A stretch of 33,079 bases of DNA, taken from Bradymonadales bacterium (GTDB lineage Bacteria > Bdellovibrionota > UBA2394). Where the stretch lies: NCBI GenBank assembly GCA_007693605.1, contig REDG01000059.1, positions 1 to 33,079 on the forward strand, written 5' to 3'. Made by a program: the position numbers and the translations under genes. Below are positions 19,101 to 28,078 of this stretch, piece after piece. A model generated the notes under the pieces. That model did not search any database. It was not told where the DNA came from and saw nothing but the letters and a program-made list of their open reading frames with translations. Each line of letters starts with the position of its first letter. Positions within the stretch are counted from its first letter, which is position 1.

Positions 19101-22100
19101 CGAGGTCAAAAAGAAGATCCAGAGGCCTGGCAAGCTCGTCGACAACAAGCCTTACGAGATCTGATTGAGCGAGACCTGTTTCGCTTGAGTCAATTGATTC
19201 AACCCAATTCGGTGCTCAGAACTTCTTTTCTAGCGCCCTGGTCTCAACAGGATCGCCGAACTTCTTGGGCCTCCACTTTGGCAAAGCTTCATCTAGAAGA
19301 AGAGGTGGACTATCGTGAGATTCTGGGGCTACTCACCGAGCTGTTTTGGGTTCGAATTGAGCAGACCCATGGGGGGATTTTGCGTCTCAGTCAAGACCAC
19401 GGCGAGCGAGTGGAAGAGATTCGCGAGCGATTGAGGGTTTTGAAAGACCAGCTTGAGTCTCGCGATAAGATTCCAGACTTCTTTCAAGACTTCTGGTTGA
19501 TTTTTCAGGATCTGTTGGATGGAGACCTTCGTGCTCTGGCGGTGCAGGCTGCAAGCCTTCCATTAGTTGAAAGGAGGTCGGCAGATGAAGCCTTTCTGTT
19601 TATTCGAGACCCTCTCTCATTTGGTCGATTCTCCAGTTTTGACTTTGAAACAAGTCTTATCTTTGAAGCGGAAGAGCAAGAAAGCCCACTTTTGCCCTGG
19701 GTCTATTTGCGGAACTCTTCGGTTCAACAGCTTTGGAGCGAGGCGCAAGAGATTCCCGAGCGCGATCAATTCCAATGGTTTTGGCGCCAGATGGTCGAAC
19801 GCGATCTCTCTTTCTTTGTCACTCCCACTCAAACTCGTGAGATTTTCCAGCAGAGAAGAAGGAATGCGGCATACTTTACTTTGGCGGACATTCCAGCCAT
19901 CTCTGCTCGAGAGATTGCGCCTGATGATCCTCATGCCAGAGCTCATGAGTCGTCGAAAGAATTGAGGCAGTTTGAACAGGCGGCGATTGGGCGAGCCCTT
20001 CACGAAGCCTCCTATACATTTTCAAGCGCCTTTGTGGCCGACACCCTGTCTTATGATCAGCTTTGGAGTTTGATCTTCATGCAGGCAATGAACAATCCAG
20101 AGGCGAATCGACTTCGAAGATTGATTCTGGAGGTTTCTCCCCGTTCTTCAAGACATCAATTGAAGGGAGACAACGCAAATGCCGAAGCGAAACGATTCAT
20201 GGAGCTTGTGGGCTTAGTCGACCCCGGCAGTGTGGAAGAGAAGCGCTTGATCGAGACCCTGAATCGGGAGGTCTACAACAGCTTACGCAAAAGCTATACC
20301 ACCTTGGTTCATTCTTGGTTTTCAAAGGCAGAGCGACTCTATCGCTCGGTCGATCGGCCCCAGTCCGGAGAGTTAAGCCATGGGGGCATTCGCCAGTTGA
20401 TTGAGTTGGCACTCGAAGACCCTGATTTTCGAAACATTCTCATTCCTCCGCCTAAAGAGACAAAGAATCCAATGGAGCAAGAGAGTCTGTTAAGTCAGTA
20501 CTCCGTCGATCAAGATACGGCTGAACACATTTTATATCATGCTCGGCTTCGGGCGCCGGCGAGTGGATTTTTTGCCTCTCGACGACTTCGAGCTCAGTTA
20601 AGGGACCTCCGAGAGTTTATGGTTCTTTCGAAGCTTTTGATGCGTTCAGAGACTGGAGGGGAAACCTCCTTTACGCATTTGCTTTCACTCTTCTTGGCTC
20701 CGAATTTAATCAAAGACCTTGCTTTGGGCTCTTCAGATCAGCTCATTCCTGAGGAAATTCTCGATGACTACAAAGAAAGAGCGATCAAGGCTCGAACTTC
20801 AGCGCTTGCCAGGCTGTTAGATTTTACTTCAGAAGAAGAACAGCTTTTGTTTCAAGAGCTTAAGCTTCTTCCTCGGCCAGAGTTTGAAAGAATCTGGACA
20901 CTTGTGGGAGAGACGATTGAGGAGTTCTTCAATCGGGTTCAGCGGATTGAAACGCGCAGTTTTGTTTATGTCAGGGAGAGAGCTCCTAAGAGGGACGAGC
21001 AGCTGACTGCCTTGATTCGTCCGAGGCCAGAAGCCCTTTCAAGCTTGTGGAGTTTGGTCGAAAAGCTTAAGGCAAAAGAGGCAGTCGTTCGAAGGAAGAA
21101 CGAGGACATGGGGCGGCTTAGACCATCGGAGGAGGGCAGCCTTTATGAGATCGATCGGGCTCATAGAAATTATTATCAGACGAGGGCCTTTCCAAGTTTC
21201 GATCTGGCCCAAGAGGCCTTCTCTTTGCTGTTGTCTGATCAGATCTATCAGGGAATGGATTTAGAGCGAGCGATTCGCGCAAGACTGAAGGGCTTTTACT
21301 CCTATTTTGAAGCAGCGAATGCGGAGTTTCGATCGAAGCTCCCCGATCTAGATCATTTGGCAAAGATTCTGACCGAAGCTCATCAGTCGGGTCGACTTTC
21401 TTTTGATGAGCTTCGGCATCAACTTCAATTCATCCTGATTCTACAGTTTGACCGAAGTCGGCGCGTCTTCCTGTCCGAAGCCGATCAAGACTTGTTCGAG
21501 AGAGTCCTGTTAGACGAACGACTTCGTGCGCAAGAACGATTGGGGATTGATTTTTATTTGGAGGGCTATCTGTGGTTTGAATTCGGTACATTGGCCGAGG
21601 GAGAGACAAGAAGAGATCTCGTTCGAGAAGATAGACGAGAAGCCTTTCTTCAAAGAATGGACGAGTGGACGCTCTTAGAAATTTCCGACCAAGTGAAAAA
21701 GATTCGAGAGAGAGTTCCCTCAGATGTTTTTGAAAGTCTTCAGATGGATGAGTGGATTGCTGCGATGGAGTCATCTTTCATTTTTGGTTCAGACTTTTGG
21801 AAAATCGAAAGCACAGTATCGGATGGCAGAGAGATGAAGCGGGTGGTTAACTCGCTGACGGCTACGGCAGGAGAGGCGACAGATATCGTAGACCCCGGAA
21901 TTCCCTTGCGAGCACCCATGGCTCGAATCGATAGTTTGCAGATTCAGTTTTGGACTCAGTGGATGAAAGAGCGGCTTTCAGGCTTGCGCGAACCCTGGTT
22001 TCGGGGCCTTGCGGGCTTAGATCTCTACCCCGGCATGAAAGAGGGGATCAACAAAGCGCATGCGAATCTGTGGCATAACCTTCAGGAAAACGGAAGAAAG

Positions 22101-25100
22101 TTTGAAACAGGAGGTCTCGATCGCTTAGGGCATGAAGAGTTTCTAAGGGAAGTCTTTGGGCCCCGCTTTCGCTACTTCGCTGAGAGTCCGGGCTTGGTGG
22201 GAAGGGTGATGGATCACGCCAAGTCCATTTCTCGAAACCTAGAACCCCATTGGAGGAGCTTTCAGAGCTTAGATCACCGAGAAACATTCGAAGCCCTGGG
22301 TTGGGGCGAGAATTGGGCGGACGAATTTTTGCATTCGATGCTCAGACAGGACGAGGAACGAAGGGCGGCACGAAAGCGAAGGGCTGAACAGCGCGCTGCT
22401 GAAAAGTCTTCAGAAGAAAACTCTCGTGCAAGAAGACTTGATTTGCCCCAAGACCTTCATGCCATGGCAGAAGAACTTTCCGCAGGTCGTCGAGGAGAGG
22501 ATAAGGCAGAGCCATCAGAGAGCAGTCAAGGGGAGGGGCCCGAAGACGACTTGGTTTCATTTCTTTTGAATCCTGGCCAGATGGACTCGATCTTTTTTCG
22601 AATCAATATGCTTCGAGAGTTGCTGCGTTTGAGGTTTCTGGATAAGTCTGAGCGCACTTGGAATATTGGTCACTCTTGGCCCGAGGCTTCAGTTGAAGAG
22701 CTGGGCGGAGAGCCTGCAAAAGAATTTCTTTTTCAGTTTGTCGATTGGTTGAGATGGGATCTTGAGTACTTTGGGGATGATTCCGTGCTGGCTTTAGATT
22801 GGTCAAAGTTTTCGGCAGATTCGCTCGAAGCCTTGGTCCACCTCTGGCTCGAAAGGGATATTTGGACTCATCGTGAGAACTCTCGTTTCTTTACCGACCC
22901 CTGGCTGAGATTTTTACCTGAGAAGCTATATTATGAACTCCTGCCAAAACTGATCGAAAGCCTTTACGAGGCCGATCTGATTGATTCATTTGAGAGCGCA
23001 TACTATCAAATCGAGAACACCTGTTTGGATCAGGAGCTCTTTGAGGGAAGTCAGGGCTTTGCTCGGAAACTGGGCTTTAGCTTAAAGCAGAAGTCGAGTG
23101 AGGGTTTGGATCACAGCCCTATGGGAGTTAGAGAGGTGATCGCGGCTGATGCCGCTGGCTGCGATCAGCGATGGGATCTTTACACTCTTGTACATGAGCT
23201 TCTGTGGATTCATGAGGTTTATCGACAGGCAGAGCAGGCTTCGAAAGATCCGCAGCTGCTGAACTGGTTTTCTCATTTTCGAGAGCTGATTCGACAAACG
23301 CGCGCCCTTTTGGGAGCAAACGAGGCCGTTCACTATCTTTCAGGCCAAGAGGGGGGTCTAGACAGTCAGATGCTTTCTCTGGTGTTGAACTTTCATCGCT
23401 TGCAAGAGTTTTCTAGACATTACGAACTAAATCTCGACCACCTCAATGTGGGAATGACTCGTCTGGCGGAGTTTCAGTTTGGAATTCTCTTGGGGGATTA
23501 TTCAGAATTGTTTGAGCAGTTGGAGCGCCAAGAGCGACCCCTTTGGCAAAAGGCTGTGGGCGTCCTCGGAGAGGGAGCCATGGGAGCCGCTGAGTTTATC
23601 TACGAATCGGCCTCCTTCGTTTTGGTCGGGCTTCCCTACTTTATTGGAGAAACGGCCGCTGTCATTTTTACACAAGCCTTTCTGAGCGAAGAACAACTTC
23701 TGTCTTTGATGGGAAGCTTTGGGGCTTGGGAAGAGGGAGCGGAAGGGCTCTATTCTAAACAGCTGCCTTGGTATGACCCGCGCCGATATAGTCTTTGGCG
23801 GATGGAGAATGTCCAAGACTTTGGCCGCTTCTCTGGCTTGCTTGCTGCCAATGTGACGATGACTCGCTTTTTTACCGCGGGTCTGACGACCAGAATTGGG
23901 GGCTTACCGAAGGAGGCCGCTACCACTGGAACTCAAGCGCTTGTGGTCTCAAGCTCTCGACGGACCTTTCAGAGTCCGGCTTTGCCGGCTGCAGAAGCTC
24001 GTTCTGGAGGACGACTAAGCCAGCTTCAGCAACGACTGGGCAGCACGAGGGTTGGGCAGGCGACTGGTCGATCGTGGTCTCGATTTGAGTCGGTCATGAC
24101 CCGACCCTTTTATATGTTTCATCGACCTCCGAATGTCGCGGGTATGGGGAGCATATCAGCCATTCGAGATTTGAGTATGGCGGGGCTTCCCCTGAGCTCG
24201 GGCCGAATTCTTTTGGGGATGCGGGCCGCCTCAGCCGGACAGATGGGAGCCATGGTCGCCGTGCATTCTACCGCCCTGGTGACCTTGATGGGTTTACCGG
24301 CCTTCTTTCACGGAGAGGGCGGAGCCTATTTGAGGGCTTTTCCCGAGCATCTCGGAACGACGATGGCCCTGATCACGACCCTAATGCTTTCTCATCGCCA
24401 GCTTCACAGTCTCAGTCGACGGCATCCGGCTTTTGCTTATGCGAATTTCGGAATGAGTCGAGGCTTGCTCGCCTATATCATGAAAGAGGCCATGGTCAGT
24501 GGAGGAGAGGTCATGAACCATTGGTGGAAGACCGAGAATTGGGCTTATGATTTTGTGGAGAATCTTATCTATCCTCTTTTGGGTCAGCTGATTGAGATCG
24601 AGCTAGAAGCCTTTGAACGGAATGAGGGCTGGCTTTATGAGGGCATTGAGTTTGAAAAGCTTTCAGAATCGGATTGGGAGCGAGAGGATATTCAAAAGGC
24701 TTGGGATCAGTACCAGGAGCATCGATTTAAGCGACAAGAGTTTTTCAGTCATTTGGCCCTGATCTCTTGGTTGATGGCGGCCCCTCGAATTGGAGACTTG
24801 TCAGAGCGAATGCGAAGGTCTGAATCGCAGCGATCGGTGAATATTGTTCAGAGTCTGTTTCCTCGAACGACTCAGCCCACCAGAGATCAAGTGGTGGCCG
24901 CGGCGCGCAATTTTACTCTACAAGAGGCTCGCATCCATCTTGCGAGAGATAAGAATCTGACGCCTAAAGAAGTGATGCCAGAGGCGGTCTCAAGGTCGAC
25001 TGAATTGCACCTGAAGCTGTTTGGCGAAGGGGCGCTCTTAAAGGCCATGAATCAAATTGCGATTTCCGGCTATGGACGAAGGCTTTCGGCTCGCGAGCGA

Positions 25101-27209
25101 CAAGAGATTCTGAGTGAGGTCAGAGAAGCTGTGCATCATGGCATCGAGCAAGCCCATTCGATTTTGAGGTCAACAGCACGAGGAGCCGATGCGATTTTTG
25201 CCAGTCAAATGAGGCAGGACTGGAACGAACTGACTTTAGAGGCCATTGTCGAAAAGACTATTAAGAAATTCGGAAGCCTAGAGAGAAGACCAGCGGAGAC
25301 CGACGCGGCATACAATAACAGGATCGCGGAAGCTCGAGATTTTTTGAATCAGCATCATGTTGACAGCATTTTGGCCATGACTCTTGAGGGGAGGGCTTAT
25401 CTTGCTCAGCTTCGAGATCTAGTCTTGTTGCGAGAGAGAGGCGAGATCGAGAGCTGGGTTATTCGAGGAGTGGACCATCTCGCATTGACTCCTGACGCTA
25501 GAGTTTTTGAAGCCCTCTTCTTTAAAAATATGACCGGTGAAATCTCGGCTCAGGCGGTTCGCGGAGGAGAAAATCTCTTAGGCCTTAGGGTGCCCGCTTT
25601 TCAAAGGGGAGCGTTGATTGAACGGATTGAAGGGGCCAGCCCTCGTCAGATGCGAGACAGAGTGAGTATTGGAGAGCAAGGAAACCAGCTTGTGGGAGAA
25701 TTTTTTCCACTCGAGATGCGTTGGGTAGATTCTCGACGAGGCTTTGAGCTGACCTATCGGGGCTCTTCTGACAATTTTAAAATTGAATTTGGCGCGCAGG
25801 GAGAGGTTTTCATTCAGGTCCGTACAAGATCGGGAGAGATAAAGCTCGAAATGCGAGATGAAACGGTTTTTCTTCAAAGAGAGGGCCGACTCCCCCACGA
25901 GTTGGGCTGGAGAGAGGCCGAGCTGATGCCCGTTCTGAAAGAGATGAATTTGCAGGCAGGGCCCGGATTTGTTGGCAGGCTTAAAGAGCTATTCTCGGGG
26001 GCCCCTCGTTTTAAACGATCGCTTCCTCCCTACCAGCAAGAGCCAGGCTTGAGCCTGCCTGAGAGAATGTTCGTTCATTTGAATCCGAGACAGACGCGCC
26101 GAGCGGCCAGGCTTTTGAACCGAGAGGAGCTCGGATGGACAGATCGCCTTGCGGAGTCTCTGACGGGTCGGCTTGGAGGCCTAAGTGTTCGTGAGCGAAT
26201 CGAATTCGAAAGAATCATTGAGACGATGAAGAACCCCGATGCCTCGGGTTTTAAGACGAGCTTTCATGGGGAGTTCAAGTGGATGGGCCGCAGAGTCAGT
26301 GGAGAGATTACGGTAGAGGTTCGAGGCCGAACGGTGAGGACGATTTTTCCAGATGGCTCTGAGGTTGTTCGTTTTAAATTGGATCAGGCTCCCGCGACTT
26401 CAAGAGCAGATAGAAGCTCTGGCTACAGTATGGAGCAAATTGAACGGATCATTGATCAATCGGGACGAGAGGCTCGACGAGCGATGGAGCGAGAAGGTCT
26501 TAGTGAAGCAGCTTTGGAGAGGAAGTTACAGGAAGCCTTGCAACGGGAGGGCAGAGAAGAGCTTGATTTGACAAGTTTGATTCGAAGGCAGAGTCAGGAT
26601 CCTCGTCGACAAGAGGGAGCTGAAACTCCGGAATACGCCATCTTTCAGTTCCGATCGCAGAGAGATTTTTCAAGAACCTCAAGAGAGAGTCGGCGGCTTG
26701 AAAATGACGGCGAGTATGTGATTACAAATGAGTTTGGGGTCGAGTTGCGAATTGGAGGGAGTCGTCAGCCCAATACGCTTCGAATGCAGCTGGAGGGATT
26801 TCCTTATTTGCTTCGAGAAACTCCGATGATCGAGATGGCTGCCGTCATCCAAACGGCTGCGATGGAGGCCAATTTGCCGCAAACCAGAATTGTTCAAGGC
26901 ATCGCTCAGTTTTGGTCCAACCAGTTCCGTCAGGCTATGACCGAGCCAGCGAACCAAGCCTCAAAGCGAGCCTCTCGAATGACACAAGAAGAAATCAACA
27001 ACAATCTTAAACTTCTTCAGATTCACTCCAACGAGTGGCGGCTGGTGACGACGGATGCTAGACTTCGACTCATTGAGACCCGCATGGAGAATCAGCTGAA
27101 TAAGTTTCCGCTCGGCGAAAACTCGACAAATGTGATTTTTCGGTGGTCGATTGAACGAGCCGCCACAGACTTGAGGGCTCGGGCCGAGTACGAGGCCAAG
27201 AAAAAATAG
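16128..27209 (+). CDS. Giant (3693 aa) putative lipoprotein of unknown function
   Basis: Uninterrupted 11-kb ORF; lipobox LLA-C26 after a basic n-region and hydrophobic h-region; mostly charged helical composition; hydrophobic cluster at ~23541-24790. Confidence 0.88.
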   Translation: MKRHLFTVNRVLAPLYAGLSLVLLACSSEPPEPTAEKAEPVLQKEEEDQLPEGSEEAFDDSAWEAEFQAYLEELVRAYRENDPRFADPTSPHLFGIWRMPDRLAQSAEPSLPARSSFLEPKKLDRHVSLDLLSEETEKLYERYRLFYTRLRLEVPSEDQELIEQRAEEVFSIRSSLMEVPKNDDGDDLYRVEDLISVLPLQIAVILSHYESWHRFLGENTDTQFSEVSEAPVDEGLLRFVRVSGVSDKLLAEEPPTYETEEVEIENLRDLLFALAFARQDLIASIYNLHFSFFDQLSLLMSAEQTKAWLGARSKPVSFSEMRSFSAAMASLNPLYVPEDETEISDSQKALLFHDFQERLRGRELAEISLQDLIVELEGIELDPKIRARPYRVAFQFFHSLLRSRDTDQSRLFYGRSPMELLEFRAQKAHLLESSSAVFQPEDYLDHIFNDGRFLERRRQDSRTQVEFDFEYRDWGHDDLGNPVSFRLEGLSINRFWNPRMLRQEQYQVLVARDLQPEGEPKKRAFSFQMAELLDYSFEDLLRLHFIRSKIPDFALFESNCFEFVCEEYEFIDLWPSARLQEIANQLLEFEREFGSQFEEPLQIHWQSLEEFKSWRSRLLGMQWRVRQYASNLPFEALGLGREDIDERLFFHFRQSLRLYEYVERRHLNDPRFEGFPTRPYSFRSVSELHQDLQALVNRLRVEHERARQDLAEAFERRLAPYFKEEKAFTLSSYQEDLPKRLRELRQERLKLQDELQKENLGSAKREALEARIEALSDESRMLLNYNEVLSIYVNEFNRIEESTSTALSVWPRGLDLVSIRALEFIVNNFSPQENLFNAIPFQPARNLINWIQGFQFSDPTDHLLWLYELEFVAQELKIEKLFFEKLSNQSFESFSEAPGEWTGRTGLFLTHPDSKRVRAKMLQKLREHSILATFFHGGEHDDLNFYFRVPTSIDWLRQKEEEVKALFLSQGAKLDDDHWKLLLSEAAEFVIRGQKEDPEAWQARRQQALRDLIERDLFRLSQLIQPNSVLRTSFLAPWSQQDRRTSWASTLAKLHLEEEVDYREILGLLTELFWVRIEQTHGGILRLSQDHGERVEEIRERLRVLKDQLESRDKIPDFFQDFWLIFQDLLDGDLRALAVQAASLPLVERRSADEAFLFIRDPLSFGRFSSFDFETSLIFEAEEQESPLLPWVYLRNSSVQQLWSEAQEIPERDQFQWFWRQMVERDLSFFVTPTQTREIFQQRRRNAAYFTLADIPAISAREIAPDDPHARAHESSKELRQFEQAAIGRALHEASYTFSSAFVADTLSYDQLWSLIFMQAMNNPEANRLRRLILEVSPRSSRHQLKGDNANAEAKRFMELVGLVDPGSVEEKRLIETLNREVYNSLRKSYTTLVHSWFSKAERLYRSVDRPQSGELSHGGIRQLIELALEDPDFRNILIPPPKETKNPMEQESLLSQYSVDQDTAEHILYHARLRAPASGFFASRRLRAQLRDLREFMVLSKLLMRSETGGETSFTHLLSLFLAPNLIKDLALGSSDQLIPEEILDDYKERAIKARTSALARLLDFTSEEEQLLFQELKLLPRPEFERIWTLVGETIEEFFNRVQRIETRSFVYVRERAPKRDEQLTALIRPRPEALSSLWSLVEKLKAKEAVVRRKNEDMGRLRPSEEGSLYEIDRAHRNYYQTRAFPSFDLAQEAFSLLLSDQIYQGMDLERAIRARLKGFYSYFEAANAEFRSKLPDLDHLAKILTEAHQSGRLSFDELRHQLQFILILQFDRSRRVFLSEADQDLFERVLLDERLRAQERLGIDFYLEGYLWFEFGTLAEGETRRDLVREDRREAFLQRMDEWTLLEISDQVKKIRERVPSDVFESLQMDEWIAAMESSFIFGSDFWKIESTVSDGREMKRVVNSLTATAGEATDIVDPGIPLRAPMARIDSLQIQFWTQWMKERLSGLREPWFRGLAGLDLYPGMKEGINKAHANLWHNLQENGRKFETGGLDRLGHEEFLREVFGPRFRYFAESPGLVGRVMDHAKSISRNLEPHWRSFQSLDHRETFEALGWGENWADEFLHSMLRQDEERRAARKRRAEQRAAEKSSEENSRARRLDLPQDLHAMAEELSAGRRGEDKAEPSESSQGEGPEDDLVSFLLNPGQMDSIFFRINMLRELLRLRFLDKSERTWNIGHSWPEASVEELGGEPAKEFLFQFVDWLRWDLEYFGDDSVLALDWSKFSADSLEALVHLWLERDIWTHRENSRFFTDPWLRFLPEKLYYELLPKLIESLYEADLIDSFESAYYQIENTCLDQELFEGSQGFARKLGFSLKQKSSEGLDHSPMGVREVIAADAAGCDQRWDLYTLVHELLWIHEVYRQAEQASKDPQLLNWFSHFRELIRQTRALLGANEAVHYLSGQEGGLDSQMLSLVLNFHRLQEFSRHYELNLDHLNVGMTRLAEFQFGILLGDYSELFEQLERQERPLWQKAVGVLGEGAMGAAEFIYESASFVLVGLPYFIGETAAVIFTQAFLSEEQLLSLMGSFGAWEEGAEGLYSKQLPWYDPRRYSLWRMENVQDFGRFSGLLAANVTMTRFFTAGLTTRIGGLPKEAATTGTQALVVSSSRRTFQSPALPAAEARSGGRLSQLQQRLGSTRVGQATGRSWSRFESVMTRPFYMFHRPPNVAGMGSISAIRDLSMAGLPLSSGRILLGMRAASAGQMGAMVAVHSTALVTLMGLPAFFHGEGGAYLRAFPEHLGTTMALITTLMLSHRQLHSLSRRHPAFAYANFGMSRGLLAYIMKEAMVSGGEVMNHWWKTENWAYDFVENLIYPLLGQLIEIELEAFERNEGWLYEGIEFEKLSESDWEREDIQKAWDQYQEHRFKRQEFFSHLALISWLMAAPRIGDLSERMRRSESQRSVNIVQSLFPRTTQPTRDQVVAAARNFTLQEARIHLARDKNLTPKEVMPEAVSRSTELHLKLFGEGALLKAMNQIAISGYGRRLSARERQEILSEVREAVHHGIEQAHSILRSTARGADAIFASQMRQDWNELTLEAIVEKTIKKFGSLERRPAETDAAYNNRIAEARDFLNQHHVDSILAMTLEGRAYLAQLRDLVLLRERGEIESWVIRGVDHLALTPDARVFEALFFKNMTGEISAQAVRGGENLLGLRVPAFQRGALIERIEGASPRQMRDRVSIGEQGNQLVGEFFPLEMRWVDSRRGFELTYRGSSDNFKIEFGAQGEVFIQVRTRSGEIKLEMRDETVFLQREGRLPHELGWREAELMPVLKEMNLQAGPGFVGRLKELFSGAPRFKRSLPPYQQEPGLSLPERMFVHLNPRQTRRAARLLNREELGWTDRLAESLTGRLGGLSVRERIEFERIIETMKNPDASGFKTSFHGEFKWMGRRVSGEITVEVRGRTVRTIFPDGSEVVRFKLDQAPATSRADRSSGYSMEQIERIIDQSGREARRAMEREGLSEAALERKLQEALQREGREELDLTSLIRRQSQDPRRQEGAETPEYAIFQFRSQRDFSRTSRESRRLENDGEYVITNEFGVELRIGGSRQPNTLRMQLEGFPYLLRETPMIEMAAVIQTAAMEANLPQTRIVQGIAQFWSNQFRQAMTEPANQASKRASRMTQEEINNNLKLLQIHSNEWRLVTTDARLRLIETRMENQLNKFPLGENSTNVIFRWSIERAATDLRARAEYEAKKK

Positions 27210-27271
27210 AGATAAGAATTTCTAAAATTTTGATCGCCAAAGACCATTCTCTATGGGGGGATGGGCCTGAG

Positions 27272-28078
27272 ATGAGTAAGAGTCTTGAACAGCTTCTCCT
27301 GAGCATCGCGAGCTTTGAGCGAGCGCATTTTTTTCGACTTTGGAATCAAGCCGCTCGTTCTGAAGAGGGTCTTTCATGGAAAGAAAAGTTAGAATTCGTC
27401 TTGGAGCATGGGGATTTTTCAGATCGATCGATCGGCCTGCCCCCTTCGGTGAGCTTTGTTTCGATTCTGTCGCCTGACTATCCCGTTTTTTTAAGAGAGC
27501 TCCCTCAGCCACCGCTTGGATTGTTTGTGATGGGCCAGCTCGGCGACACGGCCTTGCTGGCCGTGATCGGCTCTCGAAAGCCCAGCCCCTATAGCTTGCG
27601 AATGACCCGCGCTTGCGTGAACGATGCGGTCTCGAAAGGCTACTCTATTGTGAGTGGAGGAGCCTACGGAGTCGATATTGAGGCGCATCGATCGGCACTC
27701 GATTGCGGGGGAAAAACTTGGGTGGTGTTGGGCTCCGGCTTTCAGCATCTCTACCCAAAAAAGCATGAGATGGTCTTCAACGAAGTCTTGAGAGCCGGTG
27801 GGGCGCTCATTTCTGAGTACCCCCCATTTTTGGAGCCCCAGGCTCGTTTCTTTCCGGAGAGGAACCGGTTGATCGCCGCTTTAAGTGATCGGCTTTTGTT
27901 AGTTCAGGCTCATCTTCGAAGCGGTTCGATGAGCACGGCCAGAGCCGCCTTAGACTTAGGCAAAGAGGTGGAGGTGATTCGCCCTCCCTTGGGCGATGAG
28001 AATTTTGCCGGCAGTGCGGCTTTAATCGATGCAGGGGCCAGAGCGATCTCAGGCCCACAGGACCTTTACTCCAGATAG
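27272..28078 (+). CDS. dprA: DNA-processing protein DprA/Smf (compact, no C-terminal winged helix)
   Basis: YPVFLRELPQPPLGLF, AVIGSRKPS, IVSGGAYGVDIEAH, LISEYPP, FFPERNRLIAALS, SGSMSTA. ATG at 27272 preferred. Confidence 0.93.
   Translation: MSKSLEQLLLSIASFERAHFFRLWNQAARSEEGLSWKEKLEFVLEHGDFSDRSIGLPPSVSFVSILSPDYPVFLRELPQPPLGLFVMGQLGDTALLAVIGSRKPSPYSLRMTRACVNDAVSKGYSIVSGGAYGVDIEAHRSALDCGGKTWVVLGSGFQHLYPKKHEMVFNEVLRAGGALISEYPPFLEPQARFFPERNRLIAALSDRLLLVQAHLRSGSMSTARAALDLGKEVEVIRPPLGDENFAGSAALIDAGARAISGPQDLYSR

Noticed and set aside
16128..27209. Giant ORF as NRPS/PKS, RTX/adhesin or Rhs toxin
   Set aside because: No adenylation/ketosynthase motifs, GGxGxD repeats, YD repeats or Ig-like tandem repeats were seen.
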